Position numbers and translations under genes: made by a program. Below the pieces are notes generated by a model. The model had not been told where the DNA came from. It was given only the letters and a program-made list of their open reading frames with translations, and made no database searches. Positions 1 through 12,079 of a stretch of 49,120 bases of DNA are shown one piece after another (the first letter of the stretch is position 1; the number at the start of each line of letters is the position of its first letter). The stretch lies in the sequence record SRR22947725_670; one strand, given 5' to 3'.

Positions 1-317
1 ATGGCCTGGAGGTTGGGAGCGAAGTCCTCGGCGCTGTTGGACTCTGCCTCAGCGATCTGAACACCCAACTCTGATTCTGCCTGGGCTAGTCCGTCATACA
101 CAGCTTCGTTGAAGGAGTTGTCGTTCCAGCTCCCTTCGTCAGAAACTGCACAGGCGAGGAAGTCAAGGGACTCTTCGGGCGCGACTGCTTCTTCAACAGC
201 TGCTTCTTCGGTGACGGCTTCCTCTGTTGTATCAGCAGCACAACCTGCCAAAACCAGAGCAGCGACACCCAGTGCGGCGATACCTGCGAAGGTACGCTTT
301 GCGGTGATTGCTTTCAC
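1..317 (-). CDS. BMP family ABC transporter substrate-binding lipoprotein (5' part; runs off the window edge)
   Basis: Read manually, not in the ORF track: GTG at 317 with a GAGGA RBS; MKAITAKRTFAGIAALGVAALVLAGC (lipobox LAGC), then ACAVSDEGSWNDNSFNEAVYDGL, the BMP/PnrA N-terminal motif. Lies downstream of a nucleoside hydrolase. Confidence 0.85.
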   Translation of the reverse strand, partial: MKAITAKRTFAGIAALGVAALVLAGCAADTTEEAVTEEAAVEEAVAPEESLDFLACAVSDEGSWNDNSFNEAVYDGLAQAESELGVQIAEAESNSAEDFAPNLQA

Positions 318-505
318 TTGTGTGGTCCTCTCATTGCTTTTCGATGCCAGACACCGACCGATTCGCGACTGTCGCCTCAACAGAGTGCTACGCGAAAGGG
401 TGTCTGACGCTTTGGTTTCATTCTAGGGCGCGAAAATCACAGCCTTGCGAGATAGAGCACAGTCCGCGCAGATGAGCCTCAAGCCTCAGTTGAGAGTGTC
501 TGTCG

Positions 506-1477
506 CTAACTTTTCAGCCCCACAATTTCGCGCGAGGGAGTCGTCGGGGTCGCCATGGTTTCTTTGATGTACTTAAGGAAGGCGGCGGCATCCACAGCCT
601 CAATCACGCGGGCGTTAGCCTTCAGTCCATGAATACCCCAGGACATCGCAGAATATCCCCTCGTCAGTTCAGAATCTGCCTCAACATCCACGGCGTAGAG
701 GGCACTGCTGGTGATGAGCTCCGGGTGCAGCAAGAGCGCCACCGTCAAGGAGTCAGGGTGCGACGATCCTGGGATGCCGACACTTTCATCGAAGTCCAGG
801 GTCGCTTCACACACCTGGGCAAAAAAAGACGCCACCGGCGATCCGGCAGCACCAATTTCTGCCATGTGTTGCCTGGAGAACAGAGCATCCTGAATAGTCA
901 GGGGCTCCCAAGGGATGACGGTGATGTCAAAGCCAGCATCAAAAACAACCTTCGCCGCATCCGGGTCAACATAGAAGTTGAATTCAGCGGCAGCCGTAAT
1001 GTTTCCTCGAGCGTTGTTGGATCCACCCATGATGTAGAGGGATTTCACCCTGTCGGAGAAAGTGGGATCTTTGATCACCGCCATGGCAATGTTGGTGAGC
1101 GGGCCAATCGCCACAACGTTTATTTCGCCCGGTGACTCTTTCGTCAACCTCAGCAGCGCGTCTACCGCGTGTTCGGCTTCCGGTTCGATTCCAGAGTTGT
1201 CCATGGTGAGTCCACCCGCCCCATCTCCATGAACGTTCTCTGCAGAGACCCAGGCTCGAACCATGGGTCGGCGGCAGCCCAGAAACACCGGGCATTCGCC
1301 GAGAGCTCCGGCGACACTCAGTGTCATGAACGCATTCTTTGTTTGTTGCTCAAATCCCACGTTGCCCGCCACCATCGTGATGGCACGCAAATCCGCCACG
1401 GGATCCAGTAGCCCGAGCAAGATTGCGACGCAATCATCTTGAGCAGTGTCGGTATCGATGATTAGAGGGATCTTCAC
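506..1477 (-). CDS. Nucleoside hydrolase (IUNH family)
   Basis: N-terminal IIDTDTAQDD motif, IGPLTN, GNITAAAEFNFYVDPDAA, HPD. Confidence 0.92.
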   Translation of the reverse strand: MKIPLIIDTDTAQDDCVAILLGLLDPVADLRAITMVAGNVGFEQQTKNAFMTLSVAGALGECPVFLGCRRPMVRAWVSAENVHGDGAGGLTMDNSGIEPEAEHAVDALLRLTKESPGEINVVAIGPLTNIAMAVIKDPTFSDRVKSLYIMGGSNNARGNITAAAEFNFYVDPDAAKVVFDAGFDITVIPWEPLTIQDALFSRQHMAEIGAAGSPVASFFAQVCEATLDFDESVGIPGSSHPDSLTVALLLHPELITSSALYAVDVEADSELTRGYSAMSWGIHGLKANARVIEAVDAAAFLKYIKETMATPTTPSREIVGLKS

Positions 1478-1489
1478 GGGCGTTAGTTC

Positions 1490-2425
1490 TTAGCCTGCGA
1501 GATGGTGGCGGAAATACGCAATGGTTTTTTCCAGTCCTTCGCTCAGCGGAATGTGTGGCTCCCAGCCCATTGTCTTCTTCGCGAGGCTGATATCGGGCTG
1601 GCGCTGTCTCGGGTCATCGGCGGGCAGGTCTCGGTGCTCGATTTCCGAGGAAGACCCCGTCAGCTCCAACACCTGCGAAGCCAATTCCAACATGGTGAAT
1701 TCGCCCGGGTTTCCGATATTTACTGGGCCGGTTTCTTTATGGGTGTTCTCCATCAGCCCAACCAGTCCTGACACGAGGTCATCGACGTAACAGAAGGACC
1801 TGGTCTGGGATCCATCGCCATAAATAGTGAGCGGCTCACCGCGCAGGGCTTGAACAATAAAGTTGCTCACCACACGACCATCATCGGCCGCCATCCGGGG
1901 ACCATAGGTATTGAAGATGCGAGCAACACGAATCTCCAACCCGTGTTGCCGGTGGTAGTCAAAAAATAGGGTCTCGGCTACTCGCTTGGCCTCGTCATAA
2001 CAGGCTCTCGGACCGATCGGGTTGACTTTGCCCCAATAATCCTCTGTCTGTGGGTGAACCTCGGGGTCGCCATAGACCTCCGATGTGGACGCCTGGAGAA
2101 TGGGAACCCCTAGGCGTTTGGCGAGACCCAACATGTTGATGGCACCCATCACGTTGGTCTTCGTGGTTTGAACAGGATCGTGTTGGTAGTGAATGGGCGA
2201 GGCAGGAGATGCCAGGTTATAAATGGCGTCCACCTCGACATAAAGCGGGAACGTCACATCGTGTCGGATGGCCTCAAAGCCGGGGTTTCCCTGAAGGTGG
2301 GCGATGTTCGTTTTTGAACCGGTGAAATAGTTGTCCACAACGACGACTTCATGGCCAGCACCCAAAAGTCGCTCGGAAAGGTGAGACCCGACAAACCCGG
2401 CGCCGCCGGTTATCAAAATACGCAT
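1490..2425 (-). CDS. UDP-glucuronate decarboxylase (UDP-xylose synthase), extended SDR
   Basis: [68 protein letters not shown]. Start placed at ATG 2425, 7 nt after TAACAT. Confidence 0.9.
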   Translation of the reverse strand: MRILITGGAGFVGSHLSERLLGAGHEVVVVDNYFTGSKTNIAHLQGNPGFEAIRHDVTFPLYVEVDAIYNLASPASPIHYQHDPVQTTKTNVMGAINMLGLAKRLGVPILQASTSEVYGDPEVHPQTEDYWGKVNPIGPRACYDEAKRVAETLFFDYHRQHGLEIRVARIFNTYGPRMAADDGRVVSNFIVQALRGEPLTIYGDGSQTRSFCYVDDLVSGLVGLMENTHKETGPVNIGNPGEFTMLELASQVLELTGSSSEIEHRDLPADDPRQRQPDISLAKKTMGWEPHIPLSEGLEKTIAYFRHHLAG

Positions 2426-2460
2426 GGTCACGATGTTATCGGTGGCAGGGCCTCAATCGG

Positions 2461-3549
2461 CTAGAGCACGTCCTCAAGACCTTGCGCTTTCATGTGTTCG
2501 ACGATCTGTTTCACATCTTGCGCGTGCTCTTTTGTCGTCACTAAAAGAGCATCAGGTGTGTCCACCACCACAATGTTTTCCACTCCCAGCAGAGTGATGA
2601 TCCGCCCTGATGACCCCACCACGATTCCACTGGAATCGTGGGGGTGCACCTTCGACGCATCCCCCACCACCACGACATCGGAAGTGGTAGAGGATTGCTG
2701 GGCCTGGGCTAGCGAATCAAAGTCACCCACATCCCGCCACCCGAAACTGCCAGGGACCACCAAGAACTGCCCGGCCTTGGCCGCGGGTTCGGCGACGGCG
2801 TAGTCAAAAGCGATGGAGGGAAGCGCTTCCCACAACTGCGCGACATCATGACCTTCAGCCATCAACGCAGCAATTTCGCGGAGAGGGACACCTAGCTCGG
2901 GGGAGAAGTCGTCAAAGGCTTTGACAACACTCGCCACAGAGCCCACAAAGATGCCGGCGTTCCACAAATACTGGCCGCTCTTGACAAAGCGCTGAGCATC
3001 AAGAAAGGACGGCTTCTCCACGAATTCCCCGACGTGATGGACTGCCTCCGTGTCGGCAAAGTCTTTCGATTTCTTGATGTAGCCGAAAGCACTGGATGGC
3101 TCTGTCGGCGTGACACCGATGGTCACCATCAGGCCACTTTTAGCCGCATCCAGAGCAGTTGCTAACACCGATTGGAAAGCTTCCGCTTCGGCTACCACGT
3201 GGTCGGCGGCAAAAAACCCCACAATCGCATCGGGATGGGTGCGCTCGAGAACGAAGGCCGCCAGCCCCACTGCCGCTGCAGAGTTCTTTGCCGAAGGTTC
3301 CACGAGAACATTTCCCGCCGGCAAATCCGGAACCTGCGCGCGAACAGCGTCATGATGCGCTCCGCCCGTGACAACAAACACTCGGTCAACAGGCGCAAAT
3401 GGCTTCAGGCGGTCAACGGTTTCGACCAGCAGTGAGCGCCCTGTTCCCAGAAGGTCAAGAAGAAATTTGGGCTCTCCCGAGCGGGAGAGAGGCCACAACC
3501 GGGTGCCCGAACCACCGGCTGGAATTACCGCAAAAAATTCACCTGACAT
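2461..3549 (-). CDS. manC: Mannose-1-phosphate guanylyltransferase
   Basis: PAGGSGTRLWPLSR, FVEKP, YLWNAGIF, WRDVG, C-terminal DTPDALLV. Start trimmed to ATG 3549. Confidence 0.9.
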   Translation of the reverse strand: MSGEFFAVIPAGGSGTRLWPLSRSGEPKFLLDLLGTGRSLLVETVDRLKPFAPVDRVFVVTGGAHHDAVRAQVPDLPAGNVLVEPSAKNSAAAVGLAAFVLERTHPDAIVGFFAADHVVAEAEAFQSVLATALDAAKSGLMVTIGVTPTEPSSAFGYIKKSKDFADTEAVHHVGEFVEKPSFLDAQRFVKSGQYLWNAGIFVGSVASVVKAFDDFSPELGVPLREIAALMAEGHDVAQLWEALPSIAFDYAVAEPAAKAGQFLVVPGSFGWRDVGDFDSLAQAQQSSTTSDVVVVGDASKVHPHDSSGIVVGSSGRIITLLGVENIVVVDTPDALLVTTKEHAQDVKQIVEHMKAQGLEDVL

Positions 3550-3640
3550 AGGCACAGGGTACCGGGAAGCTGAGAATCTCCCCATACCCAACACCGTATG
3601 ATGAGAGGGCTAGGCAGTAATACGAAAGGGTCCCCGCTCC

Positions 3641-4081
3641 GTGTCGATAAATAGTGCCTCCGGTTCCCCCACGGTGACCATCAGCCCACCCGCCCCGCGC
3701 AAGAAAAGCGTGATCCCCGGTGGCACCCTGTATCGCGGTCGTGAAGGCATGTGGTCCTGGGTTCTTCACCGCATCACCGGGATTGGGATTTACTTCTTCT
3801 TACTCGTCCACGTTCTGGATACCGCACTCGTCCGGGTAAGCCCCGAGGCTTACAACGCGGTTATCGGTGCCTACCAAACCCCCCTCATGGGTGTTGCAGA
3901 AGTCGCTCTCGTAGCTGTCATCGTCTTCCACGCTCTCAACGGGTTACGCATCATCCTGGTGGACTTCTGGAATATCGGAACAAAGCACCACGTGGCCCTG
4001 TTCTATGTGGTGCTCGGCCTCTGGTTGGCCCTGATGATTGCCTTCACGCCCCGTCATCTTATGAACGTGTTTGGGTGGTAG
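3641..4081 (+). CDS. sdhC: Succinate dehydrogenase cytochrome b556 subunit
   Basis: GTLYRGREGMWSWVLHRITG, HALNGLR, three TM helices, first gene of the sdh operon. Start uncertain. Confidence 0.93.
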   Translation: MSINSASGSPTVTISPPAPRKKSVIPGGTLYRGREGMWSWVLHRITGIGIYFFLLVHVLDTALVRVSPEAYNAVIGAYQTPLMGVAEVALVAVIVFHALNGLRIILVDFWNIGTKHHVALFYVVLGLWLALMIAFTPRHLMNVFGW

Positions 4082-4085
4082 AAAA

Positions 4086-4535
4086 ATGAGCGTCACAATC
4101 GAAATGCCCAAATCCCCCATTCGCCGCGACAAGCGCGGGATCAACTGGGAAAAATGGGGCTGGATTTACATGCGTGCTTCGGGCATCGTGCTGGTCGTCC
4201 TGATCTTCGGACACCTCTTCGTCAACTTGATGGTGGGTGAAGGCGTCAAAGCCATTGACTTTGCCTTCGTGGCAGGGAAGTTCACCGATCCGTTCTGGAT
4301 CGTGTGGGACACGGCCATGCTGTGGCTTGCCCTCATCCACGGAGCAAATGGCATGCGCACCATCGTTAACGACTATGCGACGAACCCCAAGTTCCGCACC
4401 GTGATGCAATGGTCCTTGTTTATCTCCACCGCAGCCTTGATCATTCTTGGCACCCTCACGATTTATGCCTTTGACCCTTGTCCCGCAGGAGGCCCGGCTG
4501 ATTTGTTGCCTTCCTTCTGCGCGGCCGTGAAGTAG
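4086..4535 (+). CDS. sdhD: Succinate dehydrogenase hydrophobic anchor subunit
   Basis: [21 protein letters not shown]; lies between sdhC and sdhA. Confidence 0.92.
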   Translation: MSVTIEMPKSPIRRDKRGINWEKWGWIYMRASGIVLVVLIFGHLFVNLMVGEGVKAIDFAFVAGKFTDPFWIVWDTAMLWLALIHGANGMRTIVNDYATNPKFRTVMQWSLFISTAALIILGTLTIYAFDPCPAGGPADLLPSFCAAVK

Positions 4536-4540
4536 GAGAA

Positions 4541-6376
4541 ATGTCACCAACGTCCACCATTCCCAAAGCGTCCTCCGACACCACAACCCACCAGCATCAA
4601 TTTGATGTTGTGATTGTGGGCGCCGGAGGCGCCGGCATGCGGGCCGCCATTGAGGCAGGCCCCCACGCCAAAACCGCCGTCATCTCGAAGCTCTATCCCA
4701 CCCGCTCCCACACCGGAGCTGCTCAGGGCGGTATGGCTGCGGCTCTTGCCAACATTGAGGAAGACAGCTGGGAATGGCACACCTTTGACACGGTCAAAGG
4801 TGGCGACTACCTGGTCGACCAGGACGCGGCAGAAATTCTTGCCAAAGAAGCAATCGATGCGGTAATCGACCTAGAAAATATGGGCCTCCCCTTCAACCGG
4901 ACGCCCGATGGAAAAATTGACCAACGCCGTTTTGGTGGCCACACCAGAGATCACGGTAAGGCTCCCGTGCGCCGGTCGTGCTACGCCGCAGACCGCACCG
5001 GTCACATGATCTTGCAGACTCTGTTTCAGAACTGCGTGAAACTCGGTATCGAGTTCTACAACGAGTTCTACGTGCTGGACCTCATCATGGTCGATGACCC
5101 GGATGGGAAAAAACGCAAAGGCAAGGCCAAGCCCCAGAAAGCAGCCGGGGTTGTCGCATACGAACTCGCCACAGGCGATATCCACATCTTCCACGCGAAG
5201 TCTGTGGTGTTTGCAACGGGCGGCTTTGGCAAGATCTACAAGACCACTTCCAATGCCCACACCCTGACCGGTGATGGCGTCGGGATTATTTGGCGCAAGG
5301 GCATCCCCCTGGAGGACATGGAGTTCTTCCAATTCCATCCCACCGGACTTGCGGGCTTGGGCATTTTGCTCACCGAAGGTGCTCGTGGCGAAGGCGCAAT
5401 CTTGCGCAATGCCTCTGGGGAGCGATTTATGGAGCGATACGCCCCCACCATCAAAGACCTTGCCCCCCGGGACATCATTGCCCGGTGCATGGTGCAAGAA
5501 GTTCAAGAAGGCCGCGGCGGCGGACCCGACAAGGACTATGTATTCCTTGACTGCACCCATTTGGGTGCCGAAGTGTTGGAAACCAAACTTCCCGACATCA
5601 CCGAGTTTGCCCGGACCTATTTGGGCGTCGACCCCGTAGTGGAGCCGGTTCCCGTGATGCCCACCGCCCACTACGCCATGGGCGGTATTCCCACCAACAT
5701 TAAGGCGGAAGTACTCTCCGACAACGACACCGTCGTCAAGGGTCTCTACGCCGCAGGCGAGTGTGCCTGTGTTTCTGTCCACGGCTCCAACCGCCTGGGT
5801 ACCAACTCGCTTCTGGATATCAACGTCTTCGGTAAGCGGGCGGGCCGATATTCGGTGGAATATGCCAATGGAGCAGAATTTTCTCCGCTACCCGATGACC
5901 CCGCCAAGGCTGTTCGGGACATGATCGAAAGCGCACGCTCTGCTGATGGCGACGAACGTTTGGCGAAGTTGCGCAAAGAGTTGCAAGAAGAGATGGACAA
6001 GAACGCCCAGGTGTTCCGAACCGATGACTCTCTCCGAAGTGTTGCAAAAACCATCCACACTCTGCGCGAGCGCTACAAGAACATCGGTATTCATGACCGC
6101 GGTAAGCGATTCAACACCGACTTGTTGGAAGCCATTGAATTGGGCTTCTTGCTCGACATTGCTGAGGTGGTGGTGGCTTCTGCACTCAACCGCAAGGAAA
6201 GCCGCGGCGGCCACATGCGGGATGACTATCCAGACCGCAACGACGAGGACTACCTCGTTCACACGATGGCCTACCTGACCGGTGATGCAACCTCTGCAAA
6301 CGTGGAAGACCACATCACCATGGACTGGAAACCTGTGGTTATTACCAACTACCCCCCGATGGAGAGGAAGTACTGA
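4541..6376 (+). CDS. sdhA: Succinate dehydrogenase flavoprotein subunit
   Basis: GAGGAG FAD motif, [10 protein letters not shown] covalent-FAD His, [25 protein letters not shown]. Confidence 0.98.
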   Translation: MSPTSTIPKASSDTTTHQHQFDVVIVGAGGAGMRAAIEAGPHAKTAVISKLYPTRSHTGAAQGGMAAALANIEEDSWEWHTFDTVKGGDYLVDQDAAEILAKEAIDAVIDLENMGLPFNRTPDGKIDQRRFGGHTRDHGKAPVRRSCYAADRTGHMILQTLFQNCVKLGIEFYNEFYVLDLIMVDDPDGKKRKGKAKPQKAAGVVAYELATGDIHIFHAKSVVFATGGFGKIYKTTSNAHTLTGDGVGIIWRKGIPLEDMEFFQFHPTGLAGLGILLTEGARGEGAILRNASGERFMERYAPTIKDLAPRDIIARCMVQEVQEGRGGGPDKDYVFLDCTHLGAEVLETKLPDITEFARTYLGVDPVVEPVPVMPTAHYAMGGIPTNIKAEVLSDNDTVVKGLYAAGECACVSVHGSNRLGTNSLLDINVFGKRAGRYSVEYANGAEFSPLPDDPAKAVRDMIESARSADGDERLAKLRKELQEEMDKNAQVFRTDDSLRSVAKTIHTLRERYKNIGIHDRGKRFNTDLLEAIELGFLLDIAEVVVASALNRKESRGGHMRDDYPDRNDEDYLVHTMAYLTGDATSANVEDHITMDWKPVVITNYPPMERKY

Positions 6377-7128
6377 TGGCTTCGTCAGCTGCAGCCGCTG
6401 TGACCGAAGTACCGGAGATCCCCTCCTTCACCGTGACCTTCATCGTGAGGCGTTTCGACCCCGAGAATGACGCCGAGCCTTTTTGGCAAGATTTTGATGT
6501 TGAGATGTATCCGACCGACCGCGTTCTGGATGGTCTCCACAAAATCAAATGGGACCAAGATGGGACACTGAGCTTCCGTCGCAGCTGTGCCCACGGTATT
6601 TGTGGCTCCGATGCCATGCGCATCAATGGCCGTAACCGTCTGGCCTGCAAGACGCTGATCAAAGACCTCGATATCTCCCAGCCCGTCTACGTCGAAGCAA
6701 TCAAGGGTCTCCCACTAGAAAAAGACCTCATCGTCGATATGGAGCCCTTTTTCGAGTCTTACCGCCAGGTACAGCCCTTCCTGATTGCCTCTTCCAAGCC
6801 GGACAAGGAACGCCTGCAATCCCCAGAGGAACGCGCTCGCTTCGATGACACCACCAAGTGCATTCTGTGTGCCGCGTGCACGTCCAGCTGTCCTGTTTTC
6901 TGGACCGATGGTCAGTACTTTGGACCCGCCGCTATCGTGAATGCCCACCGCTTCATCTTCGATTCGCGGGACGAGGGAGCACAAGTGCGCCTCGACATTT
7001 TGAATGACAAAGAAGGCGTGTGGCGTTGCCGCACCACCTTCAATTGCACCGAAGCCTGCCCACGAGGGATTGAAGTTACCAAAGCAATTTCTGAAGTGAA
7101 GCAAGCGGTGCTTCGCGGTCGTTCCTAA
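6376..7128 (+). CDS. sdhB: Succinate dehydrogenase iron-sulfur subunit
   Basis: SCAHGICGSD, CILCAACTSSC, CRTTFNCTEACP Fe-S motifs. Confidence 0.98.
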   Translation: MASSAAAAVTEVPEIPSFTVTFIVRRFDPENDAEPFWQDFDVEMYPTDRVLDGLHKIKWDQDGTLSFRRSCAHGICGSDAMRINGRNRLACKTLIKDLDISQPVYVEAIKGLPLEKDLIVDMEPFFESYRQVQPFLIASSKPDKERLQSPEERARFDDTTKCILCAACTSSCPVFWTDGQYFGPAAIVNAHRFIFDSRDEGAQVRLDILNDKEGVWRCRTTFNCTEACPRGIEVTKAISEVKQAVLRGRS

Positions 7129-7135
7129 GTCCCCC

Positions 7136-7960
7136 ATGCGTATTGCGAGCGTCAACGTCAACGGCGTTCGTGCTGCGTTTCGCAAAGGGATGGGTCCCTG
7201 GCTGGATGCCCGTGAGGTAGATGTGTTGGCTCTGCAAGAAGTCCGCGCCGAACGCGAAGATCTTGAGTCCCTCTTGGGTGATGACTGGGTGATTGCCCAC
7301 GACGCTGCCACGGCCAAGGGCCGAGCGGGAGTCGCGATTGCAACGCGAGTGCCACACGTCAATGTCAGCACGAAGCTCGGACCAGCATCACTGGACACCG
7401 CCGGTCGATGGATTGAAACAGACATCACGACTCCGCTGGGAAATCCGCTCACCATCGTGAGTTGTTATGTCCACTCGGGTGAAGTCGATACTCCCAAACA
7501 GGCTGCAAAATATGAATTCCTCACGGTGATGACCAAGCGCATGAAGCAACTGGGGGCATCTGATAAGGCAGCAGTGGTGGTGGGAGATTTGAACGTCGGC
7601 CACCGGACACTCGATATCCGCAACTGGAAAGGCAACAAAAAGAACTCTGGGTTCCTTCCGGAGGAGCGCGCCTACTTTGACCAGTGGATGGGTCATGAAG
7701 AGGATGACGATTACAACACCGGAACCAAAGGTCGATTTGTTGACATTGGGCGCTCGACCCAGGGCGAAGTGGAGGGCCCCTACAGCTGGTGGAGTTGGCG
7801 AGGAAAAGCTTTCGATAACGACACGGGCTGGCGCATCGATTACCAGCTGGCCAATGCTGCCCTTGCTCCAGCGGTCACCCAGTATGTCGTTGATCGGGCT
7901 CCCAGCTATGACACCCGGTGGTCAGACCACGCCCCCGTGGTCGCTGACTACAACATCTAA
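7136..7960 (+). CDS. xth: Exodeoxyribonuclease III / AP endonuclease
   Basis: SVNVNG, LQEVR, GDLNVGH, GWRIDY, SDHAPV. Confidence 0.93.
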   Translation: MRIASVNVNGVRAAFRKGMGPWLDAREVDVLALQEVRAEREDLESLLGDDWVIAHDAATAKGRAGVAIATRVPHVNVSTKLGPASLDTAGRWIETDITTPLGNPLTIVSCYVHSGEVDTPKQAAKYEFLTVMTKRMKQLGASDKAAVVVGDLNVGHRTLDIRNWKGNKKNSGFLPEERAYFDQWMGHEEDDDYNTGTKGRFVDIGRSTQGEVEGPYSWWSWRGKAFDNDTGWRIDYQLANAALAPAVTQYVVDRAPSYDTRWSDHAPVVADYNI

Positions 7961-8986
<1,026 letters not shown>

Positions 8987-9003
8987 CGCCTAAGGTTGTC
9001 TGC

Positions 9004-10317
9004 GTGAAGATTTCTGTTATCGGTTGTGGCTACCTCGGAGCAGTCCATGCTGCCTCGATGGCGGAGCTTGGCCACGAAGTCACTGGTATCGACGTTGACG
9101 AGGTCCGTATCGGTTCGCTGTCCCAGGGAATCGCCCCTTTTCACGAGCCAGGATTTAATGACCTGTTGGGCGCCAACGCCACACGCCTTACTTTTTCCAC
9201 CGACATGTCAGCAGCCCAGGGAAGCCGCGTTCATTTTTTAGCGGTGGGTACGCCGCAAAGGCCGAACGGGTCCGTTGACCTGACCTATGTGGACCAGGCG
9301 GTGTCAGATCTTCTACCTCATCTTCAACCAGGTGATCTTGTGGTGGGGAAATCGACCGTTCCCGTCGGAACAGCTACTCGTCTCGCCGGGCTGGTTGAGC
9401 CCACCGGCGCGCTTTTGATGTGGAATCCCGAGTTCCTTCGCGAGGGATTCGCCGTCTTAGACACTCTCTCCCCTGACCGCTTGGTCTATGGGGTTAGCGA
9501 TGATGATGCGGGAGCACAAGCAACCGCACTTCTGGACGATGTTTACGCCACCATTCTTGCCAAGGAAACCCCCCGGCTGATCATGAATTTCGCCACCGCA
9601 GAACTGGTGAAGGTTGCCGCGAACTCTTTCCTTGCCACCAAGATTTCTTTCATTAATGCGATGGCAGAAATAGCCGATGTCACCGGAGCAAACGTGACCC
9701 AGCTCGCTGATGCCATCGGCCACGATGCTCGGATTGGTCGCAGATTTTTGAACGCCGGGATTGGCTTTGGTGGCGGCTGCCTCCCGAAAGACATCCGCGG
9801 TTTCGTAGCAAGAGCCGATGAACTGGGTGTCGGCGAGGCTCTCGCTTTCCTGACCGATGTTGATGAGATCAATATGAGGCGGCGCGGGCGGGTTACGGAA
9901 ATCCTTAAAGAAGAGCTCGGCGATCTAAAGGGTAAAAAGATTGCGGTCTGGGGTCTTGCCTTCAAGCCAGACTCTGACGACATTAGAGATTCACCCGCTT
10001 TGGACATTGTCGAATCCTTAGCCCGTTCGGGGGCCATCGTCATCGGTAGTGACCCAGAAGCAACCATCCCCGCGTCCCGCCGCATCGATGCTGCGGGGCT
10101 CGGTGATCGAGTGACACTTGATGCGGACCACCGATCAGCAGCACGCGGTGTTGACGCAATTGTGGTTGCCACCGAATGGATGGACTACCAAAACGAAGAC
10201 GCTCTAGTAATTCGGAGCCTGGTGGGGAATCCCCTGGTCATCGATGGTCGTAACTGCCTGCCCGATGATGCCTGGAAAGCTGCCGGCTTCCGCTATCGGG
10301 GTATGGGTCGTTCCTAA
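9004..10317 (+). CDS. ugd: UDP-glucose 6-dehydrogenase
   Basis: IGCGYLG, KSTVPVGT, NPEFLREG, GFGGGCLPKD, FKPDSDDIRDSP. Confidence 0.93.
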   Translation: MKISVIGCGYLGAVHAASMAELGHEVTGIDVDEVRIGSLSQGIAPFHEPGFNDLLGANATRLTFSTDMSAAQGSRVHFLAVGTPQRPNGSVDLTYVDQAVSDLLPHLQPGDLVVGKSTVPVGTATRLAGLVEPTGALLMWNPEFLREGFAVLDTLSPDRLVYGVSDDDAGAQATALLDDVYATILAKETPRLIMNFATAELVKVAANSFLATKISFINAMAEIADVTGANVTQLADAIGHDARIGRRFLNAGIGFGGGCLPKDIRGFVARADELGVGEALAFLTDVDEINMRRRGRVTEILKEELGDLKGKKIAVWGLAFKPDSDDIRDSPALDIVESLARSGAIVIGSDPEATIPASRRIDAAGLGDRVTLDADHRSAARGVDAIVVATEWMDYQNEDALVIRSLVGNPLVIDGRNCLPDDAWKAAGFRYRGMGRS

Positions 10318-11813
10318 ACCCAGTCAAACGTCCTGGTAACAGCTTTCTTCCAGGCGGCAAGCGCTTCTTCTCGGTCTTCCACGCTCATCTGAGGAACATA
10401 TCTCCTCGCTTCGCCCCAGTTCGCGCGAAGCTCGTCGAGGTCAGACCAATAGCCCACCGCTAATCCCGCTGCATAAGCAGCGCCCAACGCTGTTGTTTCC
10501 GCAATCAGCGGTTGCACGACGGGAATGCCCAAAATGTCTGCCTGGAACTGCATCAGGGTTTCATTACCCACCATGCCGCCATCCACTTTCAACTCCACCA
10601 CGGGCACACCGGTGTCAGCATTGACGGCATCCAGTACTTCCCTGGTTTGAAAAGCTGTTGCCTCCAGCGCCGCCCGAGCGATGTGGCCCTTATTGATGAA
10701 GCGGGTAAGCCCCACAATCACCCCTCTGGCATCTGAGCGCCAGTAGGGGGCGAAGAGGCCGCTAAAGGCTGGGACCACATAACACCCGCCATTGTCGGGA
10801 ACACTGGCGGCAAGCGCCTCGACTTCTTTCGCATCCTTGATGATGCCCAGGTTGTCTCGTAGCCACTGGATCAAGGAGCCGGTCACCGCAATGGAGCCTT
10901 CTAAGGCATAGTGCGGGGCGCGGTCTCCTATTTGGTAGGCAACAGTGGTGAGGAGTCCGTGTTCGGAGAACACGATTTCTTCCCCCGTATTGAAAATGAG
11001 AAAGTTCCCGGTGCCATAGGTATTTTTCGACTGACCCTTGTCAAAGGCCACCTGCCCGAAGGTGGCGGCCTGTTGGTCTCCCAGAATTCCTGCAATGGGT
11101 GTTTCTCGCATCAGGCTTGATTCATGGACATGTCCAAAGATTTCTGAAGACGATCGAATCTCGGGAAGCAACGAAGAAGGGATTCCCCAGGCTTCGAGTA
11201 ATCCGTCATCCCACTGACAGGTCGCAATATCCATCAAGAGCGTGCGACTGGCATTGGTCACATCTGTCGCATGAACCCCTCCCTCGACACCTCCGGTGAG
11301 GTTCCACAGCAGCCAGGTGTCAGGTGTCCCGAACAGGAGATCTCCGGCTTCGGCCGCCTTCCTGGCGCCCTCGACGTTGTCAAGAATCCAGACAATTTTG
11401 CTGGCGGCGAAGTAGGTCGCCAGCGGCAGCCCAGTCCTTTGCCGAAAGTAATCGCTGCCGTGAGCAGCCTCCATGCGGTCAATCACGTCTTGCGTTCTCG
11501 TGTCTTGCCACACAATCGCGTTATAGACGAGTTCTCCCGTGGACTTATTCCACATAATTGCTGTCTCGCGCTGGTTGGTAATCCCAAGGCCCGCGATGTC
11601 GTGGCGGGTGAGGGTGGCCCTGGAAAGCGCTTCCCCCATCACTTCCCGGGTGTTATCCCAAATTTCCTGGGGATTGTGCTCCACCCATCCGGCCTGGGGC
11701 AAAATCTGTTCGTGCTCGCGTTGGCTTTGGGAAACAATCCGCCCCGAATGGTCAAAAATGATGGCCCTCGTGCTGGTTGTTCCCTGATCGAGAGACATCA
11801 TGTAGGCATTCAT
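10314..11813 (-). CDS. glpK: Glycerol kinase
   Basis: LDQGTTSTR, GITNQRET, GDQQAA, KNTYGTG, LKVDGG, ETTALGAA. Start trimmed to ATG 11813 with an AAGGAG RBS. Confidence 0.97.
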   Translation of the reverse strand: MNAYMMSLDQGTTSTRAIIFDHSGRIVSQSQREHEQILPQAGWVEHNPQEIWDNTREVMGEALSRATLTRHDIAGLGITNQRETAIMWNKSTGELVYNAIVWQDTRTQDVIDRMEAAHGSDYFRQRTGLPLATYFAASKIVWILDNVEGARKAAEAGDLLFGTPDTWLLWNLTGGVEGGVHATDVTNASRTLLMDIATCQWDDGLLEAWGIPSSLLPEIRSSSEIFGHVHESSLMRETPIAGILGDQQAATFGQVAFDKGQSKNTYGTGNFLIFNTGEEIVFSEHGLLTTVAYQIGDRAPHYALEGSIAVTGSLIQWLRDNLGIIKDAKEVEALAASVPDNGGCYVVPAFSGLFAPYWRSDARGVIVGLTRFINKGHIARAALEATAFQTREVLDAVNADTGVPVVELKVDGGMVGNETLMQFQADILGIPVVQPLIAETTALGAAYAAGLAVGYWSDLDELRANWGEARRYVPQMSVEDREEALAAWKKAVTRTFDWV

Positions 11814-11878
11814 CTCGGAGCTCCTTTGCCAAACACACACTGGTTTTCTCTGCTGACCAACGTATAGTGAAGCTTAGT

Positions 11879-12010
11879 AACGTGCTCCGGGGTCAGTGAA
11901 ACTCTGAGCCGGCGGTAAAAGTCCGCGACCCGACTGCAAAGAAATTTGTTGGCGGTTGATGGGGTGAAATTCCCTAACCGACGGTTAAAGTCCGGATGAT
12001 AGGAGACGTG
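11879..12010 (+). promoter_or_regulatory. FMN riboswitch (RFN element)
   Basis: Conserved RFN blocks CTCCGGGGTC.GTGAAA..., CCGGCGGTAA.AGTCCGCGA, GGTGAAATTCC, ACCGACGGTTAAAGTCCGGATG, directly upstream of the rib operon. Confidence 0.95.
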
Positions 12011-12079
12011 CAACTGCAATTTTGATATTGCAGTGCTGTTTTTCAACCCCCGGAGTGCCCTGAAACAGGAAGCACACCG

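Noticed and set aside
86-426. 60-aa and 105-aa ORFs at the left edge
   Set aside because: Alternative frames of the truncated BMP lipoprotein gene.
4871-5782. 303-aa antisense ORF
   Set aside because: Shadow frame of sdhA, typical of GC-rich codon bias.
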